A stretch of 64,000 nt of DNA, filler included, from Dirinaria sp. TL-2023a (lineage: Eukaryota), in the NCBI GenBank assembly GCA_051941275.1. It is 10 parts of 10 records of this genome, joined end to end, with 100 filler letters (N's around TTAATTAATTAA, not from the genome) between each part and the next. Parts side by side here need not be neighbours in the genome. Positions count along the whole stretch, not along the records: positions 51,601 to 57,908 come from JAVEBF010001498.1; positions 58,009 to 64,000 come from JAVEBF010001549.1; 8 more parts are not named here. The stretch is one strand, 5' to 3'. Shown piece by piece: positions 52,869 to 64,000 of this stretch (position 1 is the stretch's first letter; each line of letters begins with the position of its first letter). The translations under genes were made by a program, and so were the position numbers. The notes beneath the pieces were generated by a model. It saw only the letters and a list, made by a program, of their open reading frames with translations, was not told the origin of the DNA and made no database searches.

Positions 52869-55158
52869 TTAGACCCCACCTCCCTTGTTCTGATCCAGCA
52901 GCAGCTTCGGCTTGATAAAGCCCTCATCTAATTGCGTAAACCACGCCGCATGTTCCTCGGATGTGCCATGGAACAATTGACTGATGGCATCTGTGGCACT
53001 CAGGTGCACATCCGGAGTGGGCGTCTGGGTCCCTGACGCTGAAGCTACGGGCGCCGAAGATGCTCCAGTCCCCCGCGAAACCCCTCGGGTCGCTGGGGAT
53101 TGCTTTCTCTTGGGGGACCGTTGATGTGTTCGCGCAGCGGGTGGCAAATCACCGTCGGACCATAGATCATCCTCGTCGCTAGGCGGACCGTCGTCTCTGC
53201 TCAAAAGGCCATGTTGTGCAGCAGCTGCGTCCCTTTCCTTTTGCCCGATGACGGAATTCTTGCGGCCGATAGCAGAGGTTGGCCTGACTGGAGGACTTGA
53301 GCTGTGGCTGCCACTACTGTAGCTGCCGTAACGGCCATCTTTGTGGCCGTTGGCGCGGATCTCGACGCCATCCAGCGGCACTGATGCCCCATTACGCCGC
53401 GGCGTGTGCCCAACAGCGTTGCTTTTGTAATAGGTTCCATTTGTGGCGGTTTCAATGTCGAACTCGTCGTCTGAGTCTATCTCTTCAACGACACCTGTAC
53501 GGATGCCCATGATCTCGAGCATACGTGCTGTCGTTCCACCAAAGATGATGACGGTAAGAACAACGACTAAGAGGACTGTTGCTTTCAGAGTAGGGCTGTT
53601 TTTTCCGGTCAATCCGGCAGCGAGGGCAACACCAACAGCTCCACGCAGGCCTGCCCAGAACAACATCACTTGATGAGAATAAGGAAGCTCGTCCGCGACT
53701 TCTTTGCCTCGCCGCTTCGACCGGTAGCGAATGAACCAATTGATCAGTTTCGATAGGGGGAACACTGCTGCCCAACGAGCCACACAAATGCCAATAACCG
53801 TAATTATGATGAAGAGAGGTCGGAAGGACAGAGAGTCACCAGTAAAAAGGGTCAGCCCTAAGTAAATGAATATGAAATTCTCAGTCAATTGCGCGAGAAC
53901 TTGAAAGACATATTTCGTGGTGAGCTGTGTCCGGCGGGACATGTTGTAATAAGCGTAATGTTTCATCGTGATGCCGCAGAACAGCAGGCTTACGATACCT
54001 AACATCATTTCAGTAAGCCATACTAGTAGCAAAGCCAAGACACTAACCTGACATGGTGGCCCCGTTGGCAAAGTAGTAGCTCGCGTACGCAATCAGAATG
54101 ACCAAGCAGCTCTCAATCTTCGGGAATCGGCGCACAAGCGTGTATTTGAGGAGAAGCGCAGTACTAATACCGACTGCTACTCCCAGCAACAAGCTTCCGA
54201 AGAAAATTAAAAAGAAGTACCCGATGGCTTCAAAGAAACCTGCTGCTGACAGAGCACCATGTCTCACTCCGCCAGGTCTGTAACGTTGAGCAGTCTCAAA
54301 TATGACGATCGCAATAGCATCATTCAATATTGACTCTCCAAAGATGACTGTATAGAGCTTTGGATCGACCTTGTACGTATTGAAGATCGCAAGGATGGTG
54401 ACTGGGTCCGTAGCGGAAAGGGTAGCCCCTACAGATATCGCCTCAACCAAGGATATCTGGAAGCCGTCAAGCGGTATCCGGGTCCACAACCATAGAAATA
54501 ACCCTAGCACAACAGCAGAAATAAATGTTCCAGCAAATGCGAACGTTAAAATTGTGCCAATATTCCGGAAGAAATTCGCCTGGTCAATAGTCAGAAGAGT
54601 TCTGTACGCCTCCACTGTCCGAGAAGGGGAATACCTGATGAAGTTCGTATCCTGACGCAAGAATGATAGGAGGGAGAAGAAGATTGAAGAAAAACTGATA
54701 GTCGAAGCTGACGGTGGCCTGAATAAATGTGCCTTCAGTCAACCTTATGACCAGGCCAGCAGCCATTCCTATCATGGGTCAACAGCCACGTCAATATTGA
54801 ATTTTGCTGGCTCGCGGTGCCTACCAGCAAATATAGAAAGGACCGTCTCATGCACCACTTGGATTTTTTTGTGTTGTAACATGTAACTGGCGAAAAGTGC
54901 GATGATGAGTAGCAGTATGAGGATGAAGAGCGCCCATGACGAATATTTCTCCTTTTGGCCTGCCTCAGGCTCTGTTTCCATCTCGTAAGCCATGGTCGGC
55001 CTCTCTGGGCGCGGAAGGGTGGCACTGACCTTCTTCCGGGTCTGTATCTTCCGCTTGCCGTTCTGCGGTTCGATGATGAGCCTTATCTTCACGTCTGTCC
55101 GGAAGTCAATCCACTCACTGAGCAGTTCATATACGGCTCCCCCGATTATGGAGGCCAT
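52869..55158 (-). CDS. NHX1: Endosomal Na+(K+)/H+ exchanger; exons 55158-55119, 55062-55030, 54971-54825, 54768-54635, 54579-54048, 53998-52869
   Basis: FFFNLLLPPIILASGYELHQANFFRN, LSATDPVTILAIF, FGESILNDA, MSGIVSLLFCGITMKHYAYYN, ENFIFIYLG, WAGLRGAV, GGTTARML; five GT..AG introns restore the frame. Confidence 0.95.
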
Positions 55159-56316
55159 TCTGAAGCCGGGTTGGTGTGACGATGGGGAAGGGCCCCTTTC
55201 AACAAGTGCCGCAGTCTTCAGGCTCCATGGACCGAAGGTGGAGAAGTTGGCGTCGCGAGCGTGGGTCGAATGAGGATGTATCGCGACCACATCAAGAGCA
55301 CCTATGAGGAATATGATGGGATGTTTAACGTTAAAGACGACTAGTACAGTGCAGTCCTTGCCTTACCTCACCTTGCTTTATGAAACTTGGCCAGGGTGGT
55401 GTTACCGGTGGAGCTAGACTGGTTTGGGCGTGGCTTGCAGCCGACTTCCTTCAGGGTTTTGGTGGCATTAATTATTAAGGTACCATAAGGTAAGATCTTA
55501 GGTACAGTGGGAGAATGGCTACCTGTCATTGGCGGCTGCCTCCAGAGGCCTCAGGGGTCCCAATGGAATGGTCGGATTACGAGGACTTGCATAATGGAGC
55601 AATTCATGATCTCAGGAACACACACAACTTTAGCACATTTACTTTACGTTGTCTGGCCCCTTCTTCCAAGTGGTACTTACCTTAGGCTCTTTAGCTCTAG
55701 AGTCCGCATTTATAAAGTGTCACCATGCTCCGTCCAACTCTCCCCCTCCGAGCTCACACAAGTACACATGTTCCCCGGCCGTTGGGCTCGGGGAAAACCC
55801 CGCGAGCGCCGGTGCAACTCCGCGGGCACTACGAAGCCTAAATCAGCCGGCGCCTGTAACAGGCTTCAACGTCATCCTGTGGATACTTTACCTACCTACT
55901 GTACCAGTGCAGGCTGTGCGTCGACGCTGAGCCCGCAGGTGGTAACAGCCAGCTTGGCCCCGAAGGTCTGATCCAACAGGCTCTGTACCACTGCATTCGT
56001 TACATACTTCCATTCTTCCTCGCTCGTGAGAGATAGTCAATCTAGTCTCAACGCCATTGCAGATTTGAGTGTCACTCGTCAATCGTCCATGAGATCAGCC
56101 CCCGCTCACCTGACTCACACGCTTGACACATTGAAAATCATGCTAGGCACAAAATGGAGGCGCCTATAGCTTCTCAATCGCCAGATTAAGACGACCATAT
56201 TCTTATCCAAAGGAGGCCATTGAAACAATCGTCCTCTGTTTCGCAGCGATCGTTCGTCAGGGGCTGGAAGCAGAAAAAATACTCCTAGATCATACCGAGC
56301 AGCATACGGGTGTTTG

Positions 56317-57908
56317 ATGGCACAAAGTTTGCCTGGATCGCCGCAGTCTTTAGGCTACTCGAAGCAATACTCAGAAGGTCGAGATATCGATGAAATTGCA
56401 AAATCGCAGTCGCGGAATTCGACAGCTTCCACCAAAGGTGCCAGAGGTCGTCATTCACTGGAGCAGCTGAATGAAAGCTCGCCTCTCTTATCGCCGGAGC
56501 AAGATGGCTTTCAAAGCGGCCACACACCACCTCTGCCGGGCACGCCCTCGGGCATGCTTGACTGGGGCGAGGACGATGACGAGGAGGAATCGAAGAGCGT
56601 CTGGTACCTCTTCGTGCTCACTTTGAGCATAGGAGGGTGAGAGTACTCTACATGGCCCCTCTATTAGGGAAATACATCGTTCGTCTGCTGACAATTGTGC
56701 ACGCAGGCTTCAAATAGCATGGACTGTTGAAATCTCGAATGGATCCGTAAGGGCACCCTCGAACCCTTCCCCCCTCCAACCACTCGACCAATTCCTAGCT
56801 AATACATCGCTCGTCAAAGCCTTATCTCTTATCATTAGGCATGAGCAAGTCCTTGCTTGCATTAGTGTGGATTGCAGGGCCGCTGTCCGGAACACTGGTG
56901 CAACCGTACATAGGAATTCTTAGTGACAACTGTCGAATATCGTGGGGAAAGCGCAAGCCATACATGCTTGCAGGTGCTGCAGCAACCATAATATCCTTGG
57001 TGGCTTTGGCTTGGACAAGAGAGATTGTAAATGGCGTGCTGGGTCTCTTTGGCGCTGATCCAACTTCCCAAGGGGTCAGAGTGACAGCGATCACTTTCGC
57101 AGTCCTTTTTGTGTACATCCTTGACTTTTCCATCAATACAGGTACAGTGAACCCTGTGGGACTCGGGAAAAGAGAATAGCTGACAATATCTGTAGTCCAA
57201 GCAGGTATCCGTGCTTTCATAGTGGATAATGCGCCCACTCACCAACAAGAAGCCGCCAACGCCTGGGCAGGTAGGATCACCGGCATTGGTAGTATTCTTG
57301 GATATCTTTCCGGCTATGTAGATCTCCCAAAAGTCTCCGGGGGCTACTTGGGAGACACGCAGTTCAAAGTCCTATGCATCATTGCATGCTTTGCCCTTGG
57401 CGGTACAGTTCTCATTTCATGCCTCTGCATCCGCGAACGAGATCCACGACTTGAGGGCTCGGCATCAGAAGAAAAACTCGGCGTCGTGTCCTTCTTCCGC
57501 CAAGTCTTCCACTCGATGAAGTGCCTCAATCCTCAAGTCCGCAAAGTCTGCGAAGCTCAGTTCTTCAACTGGATCGGCTGGTTCCCCTTCTTCTTCTACA
57601 TCACGACCTACATCGGCCAACTGGAAGTCAACCCTTACTTTGCCGCTCACCCTAATCTCAGCGACGACGAGATCGACTCCGCCTGGGAAAAAGCGACCCG
57701 GATCGCAACCTTCGCCCTCCTGATTTTCGCCATAGTCTCCTTCCTAGGCAACACCTTCCTTCCCTTCCTCGTCGTCCCAACCTACCGTCCTCCAATCACC
57801 ATCTCGCGCGTACAGTCTTTCCATTCCGCCCGCTCACCCCACCGGCACAACGCCCCCACAACCCCAACAACCCCAGGCGCCCTGTCCGCAAGCATGACCT
57901 CCTTCTTC
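56317..57908 (+). CDS. SUT1: GPH-family sucrose/alpha-glucoside:H+ symporter (Sut1-like), 3' partial; exons 56317-56636, 56707-56746, 56820-57141, 57196->57908
   Basis: GGLQIAWTVE..NGSPYLLSLG, VWIAGPLSG.LVQPYIG..SD.C...WGKRKP, DFSINTVQAGIRAFIVD, QFFNWIGWFPF.FY.TTY. Confidence 0.9.
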
Positions 57909-58008
57909 NNNNNNNNNNNNNNNNNNNNNNNNNNNNNNNNNNNNNNNNNNNNTTAATTAATTAANNNNNNNNNNNNNNNNNNNNNNNNNNNNNNNNNNNN
58001 NNNNNNNN
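57909..58008. other. Artificial contig linker
   Basis: N44-TTAATTAATTAA-N44. Confidence 0.99.
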
Positions 58009-58503
58009 TTCCTTGCCAACGTGCTGGATCTCGATCCAGCTCCGACCTTACAACATGCAACGATTGATAATTATTGCATCAGGGCGTGGGGCAAGCGTCA
58101 AGCGCTCATCCAGGGCTCTCAGAGCTCAACAGCCGACGGGCAGGTGTACATGGCGAGGTCGGAAGAGGAGGTAGAGAAGCTTGCCGATTGGGTAGGATTT
58201 GCATACGAGGTGACCCAGTGCCACTTTCGGCTCGATGACGGTCAAAGACTGAAAGGAAAGACCTTCACGTTCTGGTGGGATGCGGACGAGCTGGAGAATA
58301 CGAGCTGAGGGCGTTGGTTCGACCGCCAATTCTGTGTCCCCATGACTCATTGGACCCACTCACAGAGCAAATGGTGATGAGGCGCCCAAAACGCAAGTCA
58401 AACCACAAATGGTTTGCGAATAGGTGTAAGCAAGCAGGTGAGGTTCAAATTTTCAATAGGCTACTCGTGCCATGGCACCAGAAGTTGCTCTTAAAGGCCA
58501 GGG

Positions 58504-59250
58504 TTACAGCAGCCACCAAACGATTTGGACCCCGCACAGCAATGCTGAGGCAACGGGAATGCCTACATCAAGGCCGACTCAAAGATGTCCCTGATCCAGT
58601 AGACGAAGGGTCATGGCTCTGTCCTGCTGTGCAAGCGTGGCTCTGCATACTTGTGCTTGCCGTGTTTGGGCTCGCTATTACAGCCGCTCCTTTGCTAATG
58701 ACTGTTGGGATTTCGAATGTATGTCCTGAGGTGTGAATCATTCCTATTGTTGTGAAAGCTACATTATCCTGGACCAGCGAAACATTTGCGCCCGCATTAC
58801 AGGTTTCGTTCTTCTTCAAACAAGGTTGAGGGGGTTTGAGGCCAAAGACAACATTATTGATGAGGAGATCCGCAGGAAGATAGTTTGCGTTCAAGAGCTA
58901 GCTAGGCTCCACATTAGGTCTTATCTCGAAGCAGCTTCGGGGAGCGTACGCACCGTCTGACAAACCACAGAACTGAGGGCATGAAGAAGCCTATTAGGTG
59001 GACTCTGTGCAAGTTCTTCGGAACATGTCTACGATGAGCTTCGATGCCAAGTTGAAACTGTTTGAATCCGAGCATGCACGAGTTTCGAGGCAAGCGCAAT
59101 GTGTGCCGAAGCAGCAAGAATGCTCTGTTGATGGTAATACGGCACATCCCCTGCCATTACAGTCCCACCCGAACTATAGCAGAATGCGTGAATTTGCACC
59201 ACTCGTGCTGAAGGAAATATTTGTCAATGAAAAGAGGATTCTGATTGAAT
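58504..59250 (-). pseudogene. Decayed Cys-rich cell-surface (GPI/TM-anchored) protein gene
   Basis: Fragments CYSSGG....GDVP, HSCCFGTHCACLETRAC and FRRTCTEST**ASSCPQFC match the fungal CY.PDG..D.PC..S.CC...C....C..YRG.CTD..W.S..CP..C pattern; a GTGCGT..CTAAT..TAG intron; S/T-rich stalk; frameshifted hydrophobic tail VGIPVASALLCGVQIVWWLL. Confidence 0.5.
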
Positions 59251-60566
59251 TGATGACTGTAACCCGGGTGGATATCGTGTTGCAATGCCAGTTTAAATCC
59301 TTGCGCTACAATATTCGTTGACGATTATCGTCCTAGAAGTATGATTCTGCAATCATATGAGTTCGTAACGCCACAGCATTAGCAATGTCGATATAAAGCT
59401 CTGGCGAGCGACAAGGCAACCATATCAAATAACGCACATTCTTCAATGTGACATTCGACTCTCTAATTTTCGGCGGCTATCTTATGTAAGGAGAGCAGAA
59501 AGCTACCTTTGACCACTCTCAGGTTCTTCACTCGAGGAACGAGAAGAAAAGACAATCATATTAAGACAGAAGCACTAGCATTGAGATGATCAGACTCGAC
59601 ATAACATGTAGTCTTCTTCGAGATCTTACCGCGGATCTTCTGATATTTTGAGGACTTTGCTGCGGCGGGGGGTTTGAAACTTTGAACCTACACATAGGCG
59701 GATATGAGGCGGCACACTGTAAATAAGAGATCTCCCTGACCCTGTCATACCATCAATTAAAGCATTCGCAGGATGGTGCGGCTATCCAAGAGGTGCCGCA
59801 GAGCAGTCGCTGACCGATTACTGCTAGAGACAAGTTGGAAAAGGTTCACCATGGAGGTCATAAAATTGTGTATTGTACTGATTCATACCCCTTCTACGCT
59901 TCAGGAGTACAAAGAAATCTTCCCGCATTTGGGTAAAGAACACTGGAATCTGAAAGATTCGTAGTCCTGTTACTGCTCACGAGATAAGCGCAATCGAGCA
60001 TTTCGGGTAAGAGGCTTTGGGTGGAAAATCAGAGTAAGAGATAAGATAAAGGAGGCAGAGGAGAAGTAGTAGCTCAAATACAGACCCTGCAAGAGTCGAG
60101 CTAGATGAAAGTTGCTATTATATAGTCCCTGACACACCTTCGAGAAGTCTGACCAAAGCCAAGAGCGAGTAAGGAAAAGACGAGTATTGTTAAGGATCCC
60201 TTAGTATCGAATGACGCTTAGACTCGAAGCAAGACCTTTAGTCGCATCGAGTTCAAGCAATTGTGGGCTAGCTGTGGGTGCAGGTCCTCCATTGCTCGGC
60301 CATTGTTTCTTTCCGACCATGCACCTTTGTCTTGCGGTCAAGAACGCATTCTTTGATGTTATGGTGCTAAGAATTTCTCGGCAGCGATATGCCACGGATG
60401 ATCCAATGAAAGCAGGCCTTGATACTTCAACGGCGTCATGAAGCTGTAGAAATGCATGTACTTAGTCTATTGGATCCATGCAATTTCCCGTCATACGAGT
60501 TGGTCTGCAATTCAGGAATATTCTTTACGTCCCACGCGAGGCACCATAGCACTGATCAAGAACATC

Positions 60567-62531
60567 TCACACCTTTTCGTCAGTCTTCGTCGGCTCTCCC
60601 CTCGACACCCATCGCACTAGAGGTACTTGAACCAACTTTGCTACCGTTGCGCCAGGTTTGGAGCTTTTGCGCAGCTTGTCACAATTATAGGTTCCAACGA
60701 TATACTGTCTCACATCGGCGATGCCGGCTTTCAGATCGGCGTGGATTCGGGAGGTCCACGCTTGCTCGTAGATATAGAAATCACCGGTTCGATCCGTGGT
60801 ACCCTCCGTTGCGGTGATATAGATGTGACGCTTTCTCTCGCGATCAAACTGCATTGTATATCCGAGACCTTTGTCGGCAGGATCTTGACCGAGCAGCCAG
60901 GCCAGCCATTCTACGACTCGTGCATCAGTCAGCATGGATATGCCGCTGTCTTTGTGTTCGTGGGAGCTGGTCGTGTCATTTTCCCAGTGACATCCATGAA
61001 TGCACGCAGAAGAATCTGGCTTTCCCGCCATTGTCCGAAAAGGTTGGATGTGGAGACGTTGGCCGCTGTAGTCACAGGCGAACATACTACATGGGTCGAT
61101 GAGACGTTTTTCTGGGTCAACTCGTTTTGTGCTCGCCTGCACGAAGCATTCGTCTGTTTGACCTTCGGGTACCTTGAACTCCATGGGTATCACAACGAAT
61201 GGATGAACTACGGAGCCGTGATCCATCCAAAATGCCATAGTCCATATGTGTGTCCACATAGTATTTTCGACGTAGTTCGGGTCCTCTCTGTTCGTCGTAC
61301 GTCGTCGATTCTCAATCAGCCGGCTGATACTGACATTATGGAAAATATGATGGGAAGCATCCCTATGAATTTCGTCGTTGTGGGTGTTGTCAATAGAGTC
61401 TTTCAAAATTTGCCAGAACGGTGTAGTGCTTAGATATGTCCATGCCCATCGTGGAATCTCCACGATGTCTTGAGTACAAGCCGCAAGGACTTCAATGAGA
61501 GTGATGGAATCTGATGTGCTGTTATTAATGACTGCGTATTCTGCTTTTTTCGTCCAAGGAAGGCCAAACGATGTGCCAAAGGTCCAATACAGGATTCGAA
61601 GCAAAGCTGCACAGGCCTGAGCCGTAATCCAGATGATGACTTCATTATTCGATCCCGTCTTGACAATTGCGTACTGGCAAATATATGCGGTGACCGTAAT
61701 CCCAGCTACGATCAGCCCTGCAAGCCGTACCGGTAGCGTTGTGATATGGGAAACATCTTCCTGGAAATGCACCACGTCACCCCCACTAATTCGAACGAGG
61801 AGAACCGAGAGCGAGCCCTTCTCTTGCGACCCATCATGCAGGAGATCCCATTTCTCTGGTGTCAAGTGGAGCTGCGGGCGACCCGTCCTAAAAATGTACC
61901 ACAAAGGTAGCGATGTCATACCCATAAGGCACACATGTAAACCAGCTGTGGCAACCAGTTTAGTCCAATTCCAAGGGGCTTTTATGACCAGCAGCAGCCA
62001 CGAAGTAATCCCGGAGCAAATGAAAGCGACAAAGAAGGAGAACCATGGACGCTCCATCAAGGCTGCCTCGTGCCACACATTGCCGAGATTGATCACGGTT
62101 TGGCACTTGAAACCATCTTTCCATGCGGAGCCTACGGCAACCATTGGAGTATTCTCATCATCTAAAAGCCGCTCCTTGCGGTGTATAGTAATTTTATCGT
62201 GGGAGAAGGTGACCTTGATGGAGTAGCACTCGAAAATCTTGCCTCTTGAGGCCGGCTCTCCTCTGCTATACCCAAATAAACCACGAATCGAGTCCAGATT
62301 GAAACCTGCGGCACGGCAGCGATCGAGGCCTAGGGTGATTTTCAAGGTGCTTTTGACAAGACCCAGCAGACCCAGCATGGACAATGAGGATATGGCCACT
62401 GAAACGGTCCCCTGCTGCGTTGCCAGCGCATTTCTTTCCACTGAGTCAGTACCGAAAACCCCGGCCAAAGCCGCCAAATCTTGCGTTCCATTTGCGATGT
62501 TAGATCCCACGCTGTCGCTGGCATCCGACAT
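60567..62531 (-). CDS. Intronless multi-pass membrane protein of unknown function, ~654 aa
   Basis: Uninterrupted ORF of ~1.96 kb; N-terminal NGTQDLAALAGVFGTDSVER...SSLSMLGLLGLVK motif; several hydrophobic TM-length stretches; soluble C-terminus. Confidence 0.8.
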   Translation of the reverse strand: MSDASDSVGSNIANGTQDLAALAGVFGTDSVERNALATQQGTVSVAISSLSMLGLLGLVKSTLKITLGLDRCRAAGFNLDSIRGLFGYSRGEPASRGKIFECYSIKVTFSHDKITIHRKERLLDDENTPMVAVGSAWKDGFKCQTVINLGNVWHEAALMERPWFSFFVAFICSGITSWLLLVIKAPWNWTKLVATAGLHVCLMGMTSLPLWYIFRTGRPQLHLTPEKWDLLHDGSQEKGSLSVLLVRISGGDVVHFQEDVSHITTLPVRLAGLIVAGITVTAYICQYAIVKTGSNNEVIIWITAQACAALLRILYWTFGTSFGLPWTKKAEYAVINNSTSDSITLIEVLAACTQDIVEIPRWAWTYLSTTPFWQILKDSIDNTHNDEIHRDASHHIFHNVSISRLIENRRRTTNREDPNYVENTMWTHIWTMAFWMDHGSVVHPFVVIPMEFKVPEGQTDECFVQASTKRVDPEKRLIDPCSMFACDYSGQRLHIQPFRTMAGKPDSSACIHGCHWENDTTSSHEHKDSGISMLTDARVVEWLAWLLGQDPADKGLGYTMQFDRERKRHIYITATEGTTDRTGDFYIYEQAWTSRIHADLKAGIADVRQYIVGTYNCDKLRKSSKPGATVAKLVQVPLVRWVSRGEPTKTDEKV

Positions 62532-64000
62532 GGCGACTTGTTTCGACCTCTGTTTTCGGTGACCGCTCAATTACGTCAAACGGCTTTCTTTTCCTCAGCA
62601 GCTAAGGAGATACTGAGAGTAAAGTCTTCCTTATTCCCAACCTCAAGCACCGGAATTGGCGTGGCAAGCCATATTCATTGTGCATGATCCTAGAACCCAG
62701 TTTGTCTGGCTTGTAGCTCTAGAACGGACTAACTCCAGGCCTTAAGCCCTCAGAAATCATGTGCTTGTAGTCAACAATAGTCAATAAGTGCTGTCTGTGC
62801 GGGTTTGGTAGCACAAAAGATGACGAGCCTGAAGAGGCAGCATGATCGTAAGACTTGACGGCGCGAAGACGAGGCCAGAGCCTGCTCGACATCCTAAAAG
62901 ACCTGGTGAGGCTGAAGGATCAGCCTCAAAGTAGACGCTGCCTAAATTCTTCTGCAGACAGCAAAACAGCAAGTCGAGCCGATGTACGTGCAAAGTACAC
63001 GTAACGTGCGATAAGACCAGCATGTTGTAGCTGAGGATCGAAAGCACCTCTGTAGTGAGAACCATGGAATCGTTGCCAAAATTCAGAAACCGCAACGGCG
63101 ATTCCATTTTCTAATGTAGAATCAGAATCGATTTCTGTACTCGAGCAAAATCGAGATCTATGGCATACTGTAGTATCAGTGGACGTGTTAGTAAGCTAGG
63201 CGGCCCGGCAGGCAAGTATGACAGGCAGTATGTATATCCGACAAACACAAAGAAAAATCTCAGTCAGGCATAGTTTGCATTTATACACACAAGCAGGAAT
63301 GGCTAAATCACTTTCTAGAGTTGATTACAATATCAAGGAATCACGGATCCGATTCCACAATTCCCGTCACCACAAAGGAGGGCACAAAGACCACGCCCAA
63401 GTCCGAATCTTTGGAATCTAGAAGATGATTTAATGACCATTTGCCCGGATGTCTAAGCAAGCATAAAGTTACCATTTGCAAGATTGCCAAGATCGAGCAC
63501 AAAGATCGTGATACGATCATCTCAAAGATGATCGAACATCGTAATTGCTCCCATTAGTAAAAAAAAAAACCGATGAACTTTCAATCGCGCTGGCAAGTTT
63601 GCCTCTCGGACAACATGCTGTTCTCGCAAGCGGCAGCTATCAATCCATCAATTCCATATTCTTGAACAGCACATATATAGATCCGAGAAAACAAATCTCC
63701 TGATTCCACTGCTCTAAACGTTTTTTTTTTCAACCATCCCATCATATCCTTGATCCCCAAAACCAAGGCTCTCGAAATTTCCTATTCCACAGCGCTCTAT
63801 CTCTTACGCTGAGGTAAGAATTCCGCACCGATCGCACCTGATATACCCTCATCACTTTCCTACCATCTATACCGAGCTTTCGATTGTGAACAGCAATGGA
63901 TACCAACCATTTCGCCAACTTCGGGTGCGACGCCCAGAACACAGAATGGCATCTATCGACCGGAGCCTCGTATGCTGTGGTCATCATCCTGCCGCTTGTG

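Noticed and set aside
7987..57908. Ion/metal/sugar transporter gene cluster (ferroportin, PMR1, NHX1, SUT1)
   Set aside because: These lie on different concatenated contigs except NHX1/SUT1; the adjacency is artefactual.
6402..58008. Regular ~6.4-kb periodic TTAATTAATTAA element
   Set aside because: Artificial six-frame-stop linker inside N runs.
63400..64000. Minus-strand coding-like fragments at the window end
   Set aside because: Multiple stops and frameshifts, truncated, and the family is not identifiable.

Overview
Eukaryotic fungal (Pezizomycotina; possibly lichen-forming, by inference) genomic DNA. It is not one locus: ten ~6.3 kb contigs are joined in descending length order by identical artificial 100-nt linkers (N44-TTAATTAATTAA-N44), so neighbours across a linker mean nothing biologically. 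Intact or near-intact spliced genes rebuilt by hand: GH47 alpha-1,2-mannosidase (MNS1), a ferroportin-family transporter, a 1172-aa HeLo-like/SesA + ubiquitin-like + C2H2 multidomain protein, mitochondrial Asn-tRNA synthetase, a DUF2263/microbial-PARG macrodomain protein, a two-domain secreted orphan, LST8, a SUR7/PalI protein (partial), PMR1 Ca/Mn ATPase, RAD21 (partial), NHX1, a SUT1-type sucrose/alpha-glucoside symporter (partial), a TPR-repeat NLR-like 3' end, and orphan ORFs. Accessory DNA includes a tRNA-like gene with a structured intron, a Gypsy protease relic, an LTR and several pseudogenes. The most unusual part is 25905-32247. It holds four orphan genes inactivated almost entirely by putative TGG->TGA/TAG changes, in CC/GG-depleted DNA that suggests a non-canonical CpC-targeting RIP-like process. 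The genes lie around a divergent intergenic region carrying three copies of a 35-bp hairpin repeat, and an unmutated LTR is inserted in one of them. Family assignments come from motif recognition only; no searches were run.
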